This document shows, one piece after another, positions 8,490-19,090 of a DNA stretch of 64,000 nucleotides; position 1 is the stretch's first letter, and every line of letters starts with the position of its first letter. The position numbers were made by a program, and so were the translations under genes. Below the pieces are notes generated by a model. The model did not search any database. It saw only the letters and a list, made by a program, of their open reading frames with translations, and had not been told where the DNA came from. The DNA lies in IMG/VR virus record IMGVR_UViG_2903506739_000001, positions 3,696 through 67,695 of that record. The stretch is one strand, 5' to 3'. This DNA comes from a virus.

Positions 8490-11400
8490 TGTTGAGCTCA
8501 TCATCAAGGCCAAGGACGCGGCCAGTGCCGCCATCAACGACATCAAGTCCGCGCTCAAGGAACTGACCGGCGCCCAGGACAGCGTTGGCAAGAGCGCCGA
8601 GAAGACGGACTCGCTGCTTTCCAAGCTCGGCCAGGAACTCGCCAATCTCAAGCGCGATGCCTCGAACCTGACGTCGTTCGGCCGCATCGCCTCGGAACTC
8701 GACAAGACCGAAGCCGCCGTCACCCGGCTCGAATCCGGCCTGCGCGATTCCGCCGACGCCTTCGCCAAGGTCGCCCGCGATCGGGCAGAAGCCGAGAAGG
8801 GCGTCAACCGGCTGCGCGGCACGCTCGAGGCGGAAGAAAAGGCGCTCAAGCAGAACAGCGCCGCATTCCGTGAGAGCCGCAAGGAACTCACGGAAGCGAA
8901 CCGGCTTCTGCAGCAGGCGCAGCGCAACCAGGATCGCTACAACAAGTCGATCCAGGCGACGCCAGAGGTCAAGCGCAGTCCGGCCGTGGCGTCGGCCGGC
9001 ACCTTCATCGCCGCCGATCTCGACGCCGCGCGCGTGCAGCAGGAACGCCTTGCGGCCGACGTCGCCCGCCTCAAGAACGAGGTCAACGGGTCGAAGACGG
9101 CAATCGCCGCGCTCAAGCCCGAAATCGCGGCTGCCGCATCGAACGAACGCACGCTGTCGCTCGAAACGGAAAAGGCGGTGGGCTCGCTCGATCGTCAGCG
9201 CGAGAGCCTGACAAAGGCGCGCACCGGCCTTGCCGAGGTCAAGGGCGCCGCTGGCGAGGCCAGCAAGGCGCTTGGCGGCATGGCGGTCGATCAGGACAAG
9301 GTTGCCGCCGCCGCAAGCCGCACCGCGGCCGAGCTTGCCCGCACCAAGGCGCGTATCGACGCGTTGGCGAAGACGCCGCAGACGACGGCGCCGACCACGC
9401 CCGACACGACGCGCACCTTCACCGAGCAGCGCCGGCAGTTGCTGGAACTCAAGCGCGATTGGGTCGAGGCGCAGGCCGAGGTCAAGCGCCTGGCGGTTGC
9501 CATGCGCGACGCCGAGCAGCCGACGATCGAATTGGGCACCGCCTTCGGCCAGGCGCAGGCGCGCGCGCGGCAGGCCAAGGAAGCCTATGCGCAGCAGCAG
9601 GCGGCGCTGGCACAACTGGCGGCGGCCGGCCGATCGAGCTTTTCGACCTTCAACCAGTCGGCGGCGTCGGCTGGCGGCGCGCTGCGTGCCATCAAACCGG
9701 CTGCGGACGGCGCAGGCGCGGCGATGGGCGGTGCTGCTACCGGTGCCAACGGGCTGCGTTCGGCGCTGTCCGGCGTCTACGGCGAGTCGCGCAAGTCGCT
9801 GTCGCTGCTGCAACGCCTGCGCGGCGAGGTGCTGTCGCTGACGGCTTCCTATGTCGGTCTCTACGCGGCCGGCAACCAGATCGGCGGCGTCATCAACTCG
9901 TTCAAGACACTCGAAGCGGCGCAGAGCCGTCTCGGCGCGGTGTTCAATCAGGACACCAGCAAGGTCAGTCAGGAACTCGATTTCCTGCACCGCGAAGCCG
10001 ACAGGCTCGGCATCTCGTTCGGCACCTTGGCCGACGAATACGGCAAGTTCGTCATCGCCGCCGACGCCGCGAATTTCTCGGCTGGCGCTACCAGGAAAAT
10101 CTTCCTGTCCGTCGCCGAGGCCGGCCGCGTCAACAAGCTGTCGATCGACCAGATGCAGGGCGTCTTCCTGGCGTTGACGCAGATGATCTCGAAGGGCAAG
10201 GTCTCGTCGGAAGAACTGCGCCGCCAGTTGGGCGACCGCTTGCCCGGCGCCTTCAACATCTTCGCCGACGCGATCGGCGTGTCGACGGCGCAACTCGACA
10301 AGATGATGCGGCAGGGCGAGGTTCTCGCCAACCAGTCGACACTGGTCGCCTTCGCCGATCAACTAGACAAGCGCTTCGGCTCGCAACTGCCGGCCGCGTT
10401 GCGCACGGTGACGACCGAGATCGACCGCTTCCAGAACAACCTGTTCGAGGCGCAGTTGCAGGTCGCGCAGGGCGGCTTCATCGACGGCCTGAAGAACGGT
10501 CTGATCGAACTGAACAGCTTCTTCCGCAGCCGCGAGGGCCACGATTTCTTCCTGTCGCTCGGGTCCGCGCTCGGCAAGTTCGTCAGCGTGCTCGGCCAGG
10601 TGCCGAAATATTTCGACGAGATCAAGGTTGCGATCGAGGCATTTGTCGCGTTCAAGCTGGCCGGCATTTTCAACAGTCTCATCGTGTCGCTTCGCACGAC
10701 ACAGGGATCGCTGAGCGGCGCCGCAGCGTCCTTCTTCACCTGGAACGGCAACCTCAAGGCCGCCGAAAACGCGATTATCCGTTTCAGCGCCTCGGCCAGA
10801 CCGGTTGGCGCCGTGCTGGCCGGCCTGCGGGCACAGCTTCTCGGCGCAGCGACAGCTGGCGGCATTGCCGGCGCGCGGTTTGTCGCGATGCAGGCTGGCC
10901 TGTCGGCCCTGCGCGCGCTTGCGGGGTTGGTCGCCGGCTCGTTCCGGCTGCTGTGGACGGCGATCGGTGGACTGCCGGGTCTGATCCTGACCGGCATTAG
11001 CTTCGCGCTCGGTTCCTGGCTCACCCAGGTCGACGACACCACTGCCGCGATCGACGAGCACAAGCGCATCATGGGCGAAGTGATCGCCGCCTACGAGAAG
11101 GTCAAAGGCACCGCCAAGGATTGGGGACAGGAAGTCCGCAACGTCACGCTCGACCAGGCCATCGCCAATCTGCGCAAGATGGGCGAGGTGCTCGACGAAA
11201 ACCGGCAGAAGCTGAAGGCGATCAACGCTTCAGACTTCTTCTCGTTCAACGGATTGCAGCGGGCCAATCCGGGCGACGCGGCGATTGCCGTGCAACTGCG
11301 CGACCTCAAGAAGGAGGTCGACGGCGGCAAGCTGTCACTGGCCGATTTCGTCGATCAGGTCGATGTCCTGTACAGGAAGATCAACGACGACACGCTCAAG

Positions 11401-13464
11401 CAGTGGGCAGAAACCCTGTTGGCCAGTGGTCGCGCCGCCAGGGACAGCGAAAAGGATCTCGGCAACGCAGCGCTGACGGCTCAGAAGCTCGGCGACGCAT
11501 CGAAAGAGACCGGCGACATCGTCAAGCAGACCGGTGCGTCGATCGAGAAGCTGGCTGACCAGACCGACGACGCCGCCGATTCGCTGAGCAAGGCTGCCGA
11601 CAAGGCCAAGCAGTTCGACGACATCCTGACCCAGATGAAGAAGCTCATCCCGGATGTCGGCAAGGAACTGAAGAACCTCGGCGAGATCGACGCGCTGGAA
11701 AAGCAGTATCAGGCGGCGGCGAAGCTCGCCACGACGATGAGCCAGATCAACGGGCTCAACGAGCAGTACGCGGCATCGCTGAACGGCATTATCGACAAGA
11801 CGTTCAATGCCAACAGCAACATCGTCAACACCATTGCCGGCATCGAGAGCGGCGGCAGCGCCAGTGCCAAGAATCCGAATTCGTCCGCCACCGGGCTCGG
11901 CCAGTTCATCGAGTCCACCTGGCTTCGGATGTTCAAACAGTATTTCCCCGATCGCGCGCAGTCGCTGACCGACGCAGCGATCCTCGAGCTCAGGAAGAAC
12001 GAGACCGTATCGCGCCAGATGATCGCGCTCTACGTCCAGGAGAACGCAAAGATCCTGCAAAAGGCCGGTGTCGCGGTTACCGACGCCAACCTCTATCTGG
12101 CGCATTTCCTTGGGCCGGGCGGGGCGACGAAGCTGCTCAAGGCGCCTGCGGGCACCAAGACCCAGGACGTACTCGGGCCGGCGCAGATTCAGGCCAACCA
12201 GTCGATCCTCGGCGGCAAGACCGTCGATCAGGTCATCGCCTGGGCGCAACGCAAGGTCGGACTTTCTCAGGAAGAAGTCGCCGTCAACAAAGAACTCGCC
12301 GAGATTGACAACAAGCGGGCACAGAAGGCGAAGGACTACAACACCGACCTGGAAGCCCGTCTGGCGACGATGGCCGACGAGGTCGCCAATGATGGCCAGC
12401 TTTCGCGCGAGGGTTTTGTCCAGAAGGCGCTAGCCGCCGAAATGAAGCGCGCCCGCGAGGCCGAGGTCACGCTGACCGATCAGCAGATTGCCAAGATCAA
12501 GGAACTCGCCGGCAAGGAATACGACATCAAGCAGGCCAGGCGCGAGGGCAAGGCCGATATCCAGGAAGCCAATGCCGCTTTGCAACAGGCCGTTGCCCTG
12601 TCGCAGCAGCGCGCCGTGCTTCAACAGCAGTTCAACCAGGCACAGAAGTCCGGCGATGCCAGCAAGGCGACATCGCTGGACGGACAGATCCAGAGCGTCA
12701 ACACGCAACTGCAGGAGGCGATCGACAAGGCGATTGCCATGTGGCAGGCGATCGGTGGCCCGCAGGCCGACGTCGCGCTGACCAAGCTCGATACGCTCAA
12801 GATCAAGGCGTCGTCCGCGGCGAATGGCCTGAGCTTCCTCGGCCTGTCGACGCAGCAGATCGGGCAACTTGCCAACAGTTTCGCCGATGGCTTTGTCGGC
12901 ATGTTCGACACGTTCTTCCAGGGCCTCGACGAGGGCAAGTCGAAGACCGAGGCGCTACGCGACGCGTTCCTGAAATTCGCCGCCGACTTCCTGCGCCAGA
13001 TCGCGCAGATGATCATCAAGCAGGCGATCCTGAACGCTTTGCAGAGTCTCGGCATTCCTGGCCTCGGCGGCGGCGGTGGTGGCCTTCTGTCGAGCCTCTT
13101 CCATTCCGGATCGACATCCGTTGGCAGCACGTCCGCGCAGACCCGCAGCGTGTCGCCGGCCCTGTTCGCCAATGCCGTGCGCTACCACCAGGGCGTTGGC
13201 TCCGTAGGCCTCAAACCGGGCGAGATGCCAGCGATTTTGAAGCGGGGCGAAATCGTCGATCCAGGCGACGGCTCGATTTTCGCAAAGATGTTCGGCGGCG
13301 GTGACGGCGGAAAGGCTGGCGGCGCCACCAATGTCTACAACCTGTTCGATGCAGCCAGCTACCTCTCGGAAGCCCTGAAGTCGAAGGTCGGCGAGAAGGC
13401 GCTGCTCAACTTCGTCAGCGCCAATCCGGCAGCGTTCAAAGCAGCACTGGCGGGGAACGGCTAG
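8479..13464 (+). CDS. tail tape measure protein with embedded soluble lytic transglycosylase (SLT) domain
   Basis: 1661 aa ORF, coiled-coil-rich and Ala/Gln-rich. An internal segment (about aa 1110-1260, 11.8-12.25 kb) carries SLT-like motifs (ES…ATGLGQF…Y). Position follows the G/GT chaperone. Confidence 0.85.
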   Translation: MSRDVELIIKAKDAASAAINDIKSALKELTGAQDSVGKSAEKTDSLLSKLGQELANLKRDASNLTSFGRIASELDKTEAAVTRLESGLRDSADAFAKVARDRAEAEKGVNRLRGTLEAEEKALKQNSAAFRESRKELTEANRLLQQAQRNQDRYNKSIQATPEVKRSPAVASAGTFIAADLDAARVQQERLAADVARLKNEVNGSKTAIAALKPEIAAAASNERTLSLETEKAVGSLDRQRESLTKARTGLAEVKGAAGEASKALGGMAVDQDKVAAAASRTAAELARTKARIDALAKTPQTTAPTTPDTTRTFTEQRRQLLELKRDWVEAQAEVKRLAVAMRDAEQPTIELGTAFGQAQARARQAKEAYAQQQAALAQLAAAGRSSFSTFNQSAASAGGALRAIKPAADGAGAAMGGAATGANGLRSALSGVYGESRKSLSLLQRLRGEVLSLTASYVGLYAAGNQIGGVINSFKTLEAAQSRLGAVFNQDTSKVSQELDFLHREADRLGISFGTLADEYGKFVIAADAANFSAGATRKIFLSVAEAGRVNKLSIDQMQGVFLALTQMISKGKVSSEELRRQLGDRLPGAFNIFADAIGVSTAQLDKMMRQGEVLANQSTLVAFADQLDKRFGSQLPAALRTVTTEIDRFQNNLFEAQLQVAQGGFIDGLKNGLIELNSFFRSREGHDFFLSLGSALGKFVSVLGQVPKYFDEIKVAIEAFVAFKLAGIFNSLIVSLRTTQGSLSGAAASFFTWNGNLKAAENAIIRFSASARPVGAVLAGLRAQLLGAATAGGIAGARFVAMQAGLSALRALAGLVAGSFRLLWTAIGGLPGLILTGISFALGSWLTQVDDTTAAIDEHKRIMGEVIAAYEKVKGTAKDWGQEVRNVTLDQAIANLRKMGEVLDENRQKLKAINASDFFSFNGLQRANPGDAAIAVQLRDLKKEVDGGKLSLADFVDQVDVLYRKINDDTLKQWAETLLASGRAARDSEKDLGNAALTAQKLGDASKETGDIVKQTGASIEKLADQTDDAADSLSKAADKAKQFDDILTQMKKLIPDVGKELKNLGEIDALEKQYQAAAKLATTMSQINGLNEQYAASLNGIIDKTFNANSNIVNTIAGIESGGSASAKNPNSSATGLGQFIESTWLRMFKQYFPDRAQSLTDAAILELRKNETVSRQMIALYVQENAKILQKAGVAVTDANLYLAHFLGPGGATKLLKAPAGTKTQDVLGPAQIQANQSILGGKTVDQVIAWAQRKVGLSQEEVAVNKELAEIDNKRAQKAKDYNTDLEARLATMADEVANDGQLSREGFVQKALAAEMKRAREAEVTLTDQQIAKIKELAGKEYDIKQARREGKADIQEANAALQQAVALSQQRAVLQQQFNQAQKSGDASKATSLDGQIQSVNTQLQEAIDKAIAMWQAIGGPQADVALTKLDTLKIKASSAANGLSFLGLSTQQIGQLANSFADGFVGMFDTFFQGLDEGKSKTEALRDAFLKFAADFLRQIAQMIIKQAILNALQSLGIPGLGGGGGGLLSSLFHSGSTSVGSTSAQTRSVSPALFANAVRYHQGVGSVGLKPGEMPAILKRGEIVDPGDGSIFAKMFGGGDGGKAGGATNVYNLFDAASYLSEALKSKVGEKALLNFVSANPAAFKAALAGNG

Positions 13465-14643
13465 ATGCCGCGGCTATGGAACCTGCCGGTCAATTGGCGC
13501 GAGAGCTACAGCGTCACCCTGACCTTGAAGACCGAGCCGATCACTTCGCGCAGTCGCCGTGAGCAGCGGCGCGCCTGGCGGCAGACGCCGCGCAAGCAGA
13601 TCTCGCATCTGGTGACGTGCCCGAAGGAACGCTACCTGCTTCTGGCGCAGCATATGAGCGCCGGCCAGGGTGGCGAGTTCTACGTGCCAGACATGTCGTT
13701 GGTCATCTACACGACATCGGCCGCTCCGGTTACCGGCGATCGTCTGACCGTTGAGGAAGCGCCGTTTTGGGCCGTCGCCGGTACTAAGGCGATCCTGATG
13801 ACGCCAGGTCTCTTCGTGCTGAAGACCATCTCGTCGGTTGACGGCAGCGACATCGTGTTCGAGGAGATGTTCGACGAGGCGTGGCTGCCCGGCGCGAAGA
13901 TCGTGCCCGCGCTGCTCTCGCACGTCCAGACCCAGGTCGACAGCCGCGCCATCGGATCGAGCGTCGTCGAACTAACCGTCTTGATCGACGTGGAGCCTGG
14001 CACCGAGGTCGTCGAGACCCCGGATTTGCCGACCACGGTCTTTAACGGTCGCGAGGTCTTCGAGCTCAAGCCGAATTGGGCCGAACCGCTCGGCCTAACC
14101 TTTGTCTCGGGTCGCGAGACTGTCGATTACGACATGGGTCGCACGGCGGACTTCCTGCCGAGCGCGTTCCCCGAAGAACAGATCAAGGCGGCCTATCTCG
14201 GCCGAGGCCTCGAGGAGATCAAGGCCATCCGGCATTTCTTCCTGCGCATGATGGGTCAGCAGGACGAGTTCTACATGCCGACCTGGATGCGCGACATCGT
14301 GCCAAAGAACGCACTGACGTCGGCCGGCACGACGATGACCGTCGCCGGCACGGACTTCGCCGCGGCCTACAACGATACGGTCCACAAGGCGATTGCCGTC
14401 TTCCTCAACGACGGAACGGTGCGATACCGCAAGGTGTCCTCGCTAGCCGTCGCTGGCTCCGATTCCGTCATCACCTGTGTCGGCACTTGGGGATCGAACA
14501 TTCCCCTAACCTCCATCCGCATGGTGTCGTGGATGCCGGTGTGGCGCCTTCTCTCCGATGGTCTGGTGCTCGAATTCCTGACGCAGAGCGTGGCGCAGAC
14601 GACGCTGTCGATGAAGACGCTCGAAGATCTGGCGGGGGATTGA
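13465..14643 (+). CDS. distal tail protein (GTA/siphovirus Dit-position protein)
   Basis: 392 aa ORF that begins one codon after the tape-measure stop. Assigned by synteny. Confidence 0.45.
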   Translation: MPRLWNLPVNWRESYSVTLTLKTEPITSRSRREQRRAWRQTPRKQISHLVTCPKERYLLLAQHMSAGQGGEFYVPDMSLVIYTTSAAPVTGDRLTVEEAPFWAVAGTKAILMTPGLFVLKTISSVDGSDIVFEEMFDEAWLPGAKIVPALLSHVQTQVDSRAIGSSVVELTVLIDVEPGTEVVETPDLPTTVFNGREVFELKPNWAEPLGLTFVSGRETVDYDMGRTADFLPSAFPEEQIKAAYLGRGLEEIKAIRHFFLRMMGQQDEFYMPTWMRDIVPKNALTSAGTTMTVAGTDFAAAYNDTVHKAIAVFLNDGTVRYRKVSSLAVAGSDSVITCVGTWGSNIPLTSIRMVSWMPVWRLLSDGLVLEFLTQSVAQTTLSMKTLEDLAGD

Positions 14644-14646
14644 TAA

Positions 14647-15549
14647 ATGGCGTTCACCCTTTTCGAAAAGAGCCGCCGCAAGGCCCGTCCGGCCGAACTG
14701 ATCCTGTTCGTCTACGGTGAGGCACCAGGCTCGTATTTCGCCTACACAAATGCCGAGCAGGAAATTACCCACGACAGCCTCACCGATCCGGACACGGGTG
14801 ATCCGATCGCCGTGACCTATGAACCAGTGGCCGTCACGCGCGGCTCGATCAATGCGTCCGGCAACCTCGACAAGACGGCACTGCAGTTGCGGTTCCGGCG
14901 CGACATCGAACTGGTGGAACTGTTCCGTGTCTACCCGCCGAGCCAGGTGGTCACGGTCACGATTCGCGAAGGCCACGTCAACGATCCGGACGGCGAATTC
15001 CTAGTCGTGCATGCCGGCAAGGTGCTGTCGGTCGGTCGCGAGGGCAACGAGGCTGTGATCGGCTGCGAGCCCATCACCAGTTCCATGCGCCGGCCGATGC
15101 CGATGAGAAACTACCAGCGCGGCTGCAATCTGGCCCTCTACGTGCAGGGACCGGGCATGTGCAACGCTGACAAGGCACTGGCTACCGTGGTCACAACGGT
15201 CGACTCGCTCGGCACCACATCGGTCGCGCTGCCCTCCGGCTGGAACGGACTGATCGACCCGGTCAAATACCGCAAGGGGTTGGTCGAGTGGGTCGGGCCG
15301 GCCGGCAACACCGAAATCCGCGAGATACTGTCAGTCGGAGTCGACGGCGTGACGCTGACGATTTCCGGCCTCATTCGTGGGCTCATTGTCGGCCAGGAGA
15401 TCAAGGTCTCGCGCGGCTGCACGCATCAGCAGGACGACTGCATTACGCACACCGAATCGGTGACCGGCCAACCCAACATCTGGAACTATGGCGGGTGCGA
15501 TGACATTCCGCTGAAAAACCCGATCGGCTTCGTCAACCAGTTTTATTGA
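14647..15549 (+). CDS. tail hub protein, DUF2163/BR0599-like (GTA g13-like)
   Basis: 300 aa ORF of the size and position seen in alphaproteobacterial GTA-like tail clusters. Family assignment is tentative. Confidence 0.4.
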   Translation: MAFTLFEKSRRKARPAELILFVYGEAPGSYFAYTNAEQEITHDSLTDPDTGDPIAVTYEPVAVTRGSINASGNLDKTALQLRFRRDIELVELFRVYPPSQVVTVTIREGHVNDPDGEFLVVHAGKVLSVGREGNEAVIGCEPITSSMRRPMPMRNYQRGCNLALYVQGPGMCNADKALATVVTTVDSLGTTSVALPSGWNGLIDPVKYRKGLVEWVGPAGNTEIREILSVGVDGVTLTISGLIRGLIVGQEIKVSRGCTHQQDDCITHTESVTGQPNIWNYGGCDDIPLKNPIGFVNQFY

Positions 15550-15580
15550 GCCGCTTGCGCTTGCCGGTGTATTCAACTAA

Positions 15581-15958
15581 ATGTGGATTAAATCATCCAT
15601 GGGTGGACAAGTGTTCAGGCACGGCGCGCTCCGCAAGAAACTGGCCAAGCGGGTGAACCGCCTGCTTCTTGCCGCGCACGACAATGAGACGTTTCGCGAT
15701 CTTGTTTTCCGCTTCCTAGGTGACGAGCGCGGCGCGTGGTTCCTGCTTCTGCTTATCGGTCTGGCACTCAACATCGTCGCCTATCTCATCATGCCGCGGC
15801 CGAAACAGGCCAAGCCAGAAGCGGCCAAGGATATGGACGATCCGACCGCTGACGCCGGACGCCCGATGCCGTGGTTGTTTGGCACGGTGATGATCAAGGG
15901 TCTCAACGTCCTGAAGTTCACCGACAAGAACACGCGCACCTATTCGGTGAACGCGTGA
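15581..15958 (+). CDS. small tail-associated membrane protein (one TM helix)
   Basis: 125 aa ORF with a hydrophobic core (WFLLLLIGLALNIVAYLIM). Function unknown. Confidence 0.3.
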   Translation: MWIKSSMGGQVFRHGALRKKLAKRVNRLLLAAHDNETFRDLVFRFLGDERGAWFLLLLIGLALNIVAYLIMPRPKQAKPEAAKDMDDPTADAGRPMPWLFGTVMIKGLNVLKFTDKNTRTYSVNA

Positions 15959-16155
15959 GCGACAAGGTGACCATCTCGGACATCCGCCGCGCCGGCCATT
16001 GCGTATCGGGCGCCAAGGCGTGGTTTGAGCGCCACAATCTCGATTTCCGAGACTTCATCAAGAACGGCATAGACGAAGAGACGTTTCTTGCTTCCGGCGA
16101 CGCTCTAGGTGTGGCCGTCGTCGAGCACAAGCGGAAGCTCGGCAACGATGGGTAA
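15955..16155 (+). CDS. small hypothetical protein (GTG start overlapping upstream stop)
   Basis: 66-codon ORF whose GTGA overlaps the preceding stop. It in turn overlaps the start of the next gene. Confidence 0.2.
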   Translation: MSDKVTISDIRRAGHCVSGAKAWFERHNLDFRDFIKNGIDEETFLASGDALGVAVVEHKRKLGNDG

Positions 16156-19081
16156 ATCCAAGCCGAAACAACAGGTCGCCGAATACCGCATGTCGATCCA
16201 CTTCGGCATCTGCGCAGGCGCCGTCGACTATATCTCGCGCATTGTCATCGGTGAAAAGGAAGCCTGGAAGGGACGCGTCGACTCCCTGACCGGTTTCCGC
16301 GTCAACAAGCCAGATCTGTTCGGTGGCATCAAGAAAGAAGGTGGCGTCTCAGGAACGGTCACCTATCTGCCGGGTGACGTCGATCAGGTCATGCCTGAAG
16401 CGCTTGCCGCAAAGTATGGCAAGACCGCAGCGACGATGCCCGCCTATCGTGGCCTGTCGTCGGTCTTCTTCACCGAAGGCCCATCATCGACCGGATCGGG
16501 AACATTCCTGGACCAGATCCGCGATTGGCTTGCTGGCATCTTTTCCTCGTTCGCAGGCTCGGATCGCAAGGGTTTCTACTGGACGGCGAACTCACCCTAT
16601 CTGCGCGGCGTCTGGGTGGAAGCGGCTCGCGCATCGATCGGGCTCGAGCCGGCCTATGCGCGCATTTTCCGAGATCCGACGACCGAGAATGTGGCGCTCT
16701 ATTTCGCCATCGATATCTCTTCGTCCATCGTGGGCGTGCGCATAAACGCATTGAAAAGATGCCTTCATGACGCCGTCGCCTATCTGCGCGCCCGCACTGA
16801 CCGCAGCCAGGACATCTGCTTCGTTTCCTTCTCGACTGACGTCGTCAACTCGGTGACCTTCCGAAACGCGTCATCGGCCGATTTTGATGCGCTGGACACC
16901 TTCATCGACGACCTGATCGGCGCCGGCACATCCACGGACTTCAGCAAAGGCGCCAGCCAGGCAGCGACGTTCTTTGCCGGTGCCGGCAGCAAGATCCCTG
17001 CTGTCATCTTCATTTCCGACAACGCCGATCAGAGCGGTGACCACATCATTGGTGCAAGTGCCGCAAAGAGCGCGCTCGACGACGTACCTGTGTATTGTTT
17101 CCGGGTATGGGGCGCTGGCGACACGACCATGGTGGCCAACTTCCTCGGGACGCTGGATAACACGGCTCAGGACGGCATGCCTGTTTTGATGTCGTCGACA
17201 TCGAACGGTCTGGTATCGGGGCTCAACCCCTCTCAAACGCTGATCCCGTTCGACAGCAATCCAGCTCACATGATCTACGAGCTCCTGCCCTACACCGACC
17301 GGGGCAGGTCTTCGGCAGGCACCGACAAGGCGTCGTTCGAGGCTGCCGCGCTGACGCTCTTCAACGAGCGGTTTGGCATTTCGCTGCTGTGGAACCGGCA
17401 GTCGACGGTCGAGGATTTCGTCAAGGAGATTCAGGACCACATCGAAGCGGCGATCTTCCTGAACCCGAAGACCGGCCTGCTGACGATCAAGCTGATCCGC
17501 GGCGACTACGATCCGGACACTGTGCCGGTGTTCACCGTGGACAACTGCGTCGTCACCAACTTCTCGCGCAAGCTATGGGGCGAGACGATCAACGAGATCG
17601 TGGTGACGTGGACCAACCCGGAAAACGAGGAGGAAGAGACCGTCACTCAGCAGGATCTTGCCAACATCTCGGTCCAGGATGGCAAGATCATTTCCGACAG
17701 CCGCAACTATTACGGCATCCGCAGGAGCGATCTCGCGGCCTTCACCGCGCAGCGCGACCTGCGCGTGGCGGCAGCGCCGCTCGCCTCGTGCGACCTGGAA
17801 TGCGACCGCACAGCATGGGACCTCCTGCCGGGCGACGTGATCAAGCTGGTGTCGCCAGAAGACGGCATAGCGGCGATCTTCATGCGCGTCGGCCCGATCG
17901 ACTACGGCAAGCCGGGCGATTCCAAGATCAAGGCCTCGCTCGTCGAGGACATCTTCTCGCTGCCGCTGGCAGAGTATTCCTTGCCACCGCCGCCAGCGAC
18001 GGATGATTCCTCAGAGCAGCCGGCGCCGGCTGCGTTCGCCTACATCTTCACGCTGCCCTACTATTTGGTAGTGCACGAAATTGATCCTGCCGCATCGGCG
18101 GGGATCGACTATCCGGTGGTATTCGCAGGCGTGCTTGCGGGCCAGAGTGGCAGCGACACGCATGAATTCGAACTGATCGGCAAGACCACCGACACGCTCG
18201 GCAATGTGGTGTCGGAGGATATCGGCTCGCGATCGATCGCGTCGCACGCCACGCTGTCAGCCGACCTCGCCGAGGAAGCCGAGTCGCTTATCGCCAGCTT
18301 CCCCGGCCGGACGACCGGCGACGGCCCTGTGGTCGGTGGCTTCGTGGTCATCGGAGACGGCGCGGAAAGCGAGGTCGAGTTTGGACTGGTGACCGTCGCC
18401 GACGACACTGGCTACACGATCCGCCGCGGTGTTCTGGACACGGTGCCGCAAGCCTGGCCGAGCGGCTCGCCGGTCTGGTTCCTCGGCGACGGCCTCGACT
18501 TCGTCGACAACGAGCAGCGCTCGGACGGCGAGACCGTCGACTACAAGATCCTGCCGCGCACGTCGCTCGGACTGCTCGACGAGGACGCGGCTTCATGGAT
18601 CTCGACGACGCTGACCGGCCGCCCGTGGCTGCCGTTCCGGCCAGCTGACGTACATGTAGATGGAATCGCTTTCGGCGATGTGGACGCTACGGCACTGCCG
18701 CTGATCCCGGTGACCTGGTCGGATCGCAACCGGCTGACCGAGGACAGCATCGTACTGGCCTGGGACGCGGCGACTGTGACGCCGGAAACGGGGCAGACCA
18801 CGGTCATCCATCTCACCGACAGCGCCGGCACTGTCGTTCACACCTACAGCGGGATCACCGCCACCAGTTTCGACGTCGATCCTGCCGATTTCGGCAGCCT
18901 GTCGTCAGGCTACATCGTCGTGAAAAGCGAGCGCGATGGTCTGGAATCCCTGCAGGGCGTGCGCCGCCGCGTCGTTCTCATGAGTTCGCTGTTGCTCTCG
19001 GGAGACCAGCAGGACGGCGCTGACCATATCGCGCTGTCCGGCGACCAGGCACCAGGCATCATTCTCATCTCAGGATCGTAG
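16148..19081 (+). CDS. host specificity / central tail fibre protein (gpJ or GTA g15 analogue)
   Basis: 977 aa ORF from the internal ATG at 16148 (M14 of the track ORF). It is the largest tail gene after the hub proteins. Confidence 0.6.
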   Translation: MGKSKPKQQVAEYRMSIHFGICAGAVDYISRIVIGEKEAWKGRVDSLTGFRVNKPDLFGGIKKEGGVSGTVTYLPGDVDQVMPEALAAKYGKTAATMPAYRGLSSVFFTEGPSSTGSGTFLDQIRDWLAGIFSSFAGSDRKGFYWTANSPYLRGVWVEAARASIGLEPAYARIFRDPTTENVALYFAIDISSSIVGVRINALKRCLHDAVAYLRARTDRSQDICFVSFSTDVVNSVTFRNASSADFDALDTFIDDLIGAGTSTDFSKGASQAATFFAGAGSKIPAVIFISDNADQSGDHIIGASAAKSALDDVPVYCFRVWGAGDTTMVANFLGTLDNTAQDGMPVLMSSTSNGLVSGLNPSQTLIPFDSNPAHMIYELLPYTDRGRSSAGTDKASFEAAALTLFNERFGISLLWNRQSTVEDFVKEIQDHIEAAIFLNPKTGLLTIKLIRGDYDPDTVPVFTVDNCVVTNFSRKLWGETINEIVVTWTNPENEEEETVTQQDLANISVQDGKIISDSRNYYGIRRSDLAAFTAQRDLRVAAAPLASCDLECDRTAWDLLPGDVIKLVSPEDGIAAIFMRVGPIDYGKPGDSKIKASLVEDIFSLPLAEYSLPPPPATDDSSEQPAPAAFAYIFTLPYYLVVHEIDPAASAGIDYPVVFAGVLAGQSGSDTHEFELIGKTTDTLGNVVSEDIGSRSIASHATLSADLAEEAESLIASFPGRTTGDGPVVGGFVVIGDGAESEVEFGLVTVADDTGYTIRRGVLDTVPQAWPSGSPVWFLGDGLDFVDNEQRSDGETVDYKILPRTSLGLLDEDAASWISTTLTGRPWLPFRPADVHVDGIAFGDVDATALPLIPVTWSDRNRLTEDSIVLAWDAATVTPETGQTTVIHLTDSAGTVVHTYSGITATSFDVDPADFGSLSSGYIVVKSERDGLESLQGVRRRVVLMSSLLLSGDQQDGADHIALSGDQAPGIILISGS

Positions 19082-19090
19082 GGGAAGGCA

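Noticed and set aside
437-13304. Many long track ORFs antisense to or out of frame with the structural genes (e.g. 437..1081, 3615..4730, 3670..4755, 8413..10362, 9459..11000, 10359..11072, 11335..12249, 12621..13172)
   Set aside because: Arg/Ala/Pro/Gly-dominated low-complexity translations typical of alternative frames in ~62% GC DNA. They overlap strongly supported genes and have no start-site context.
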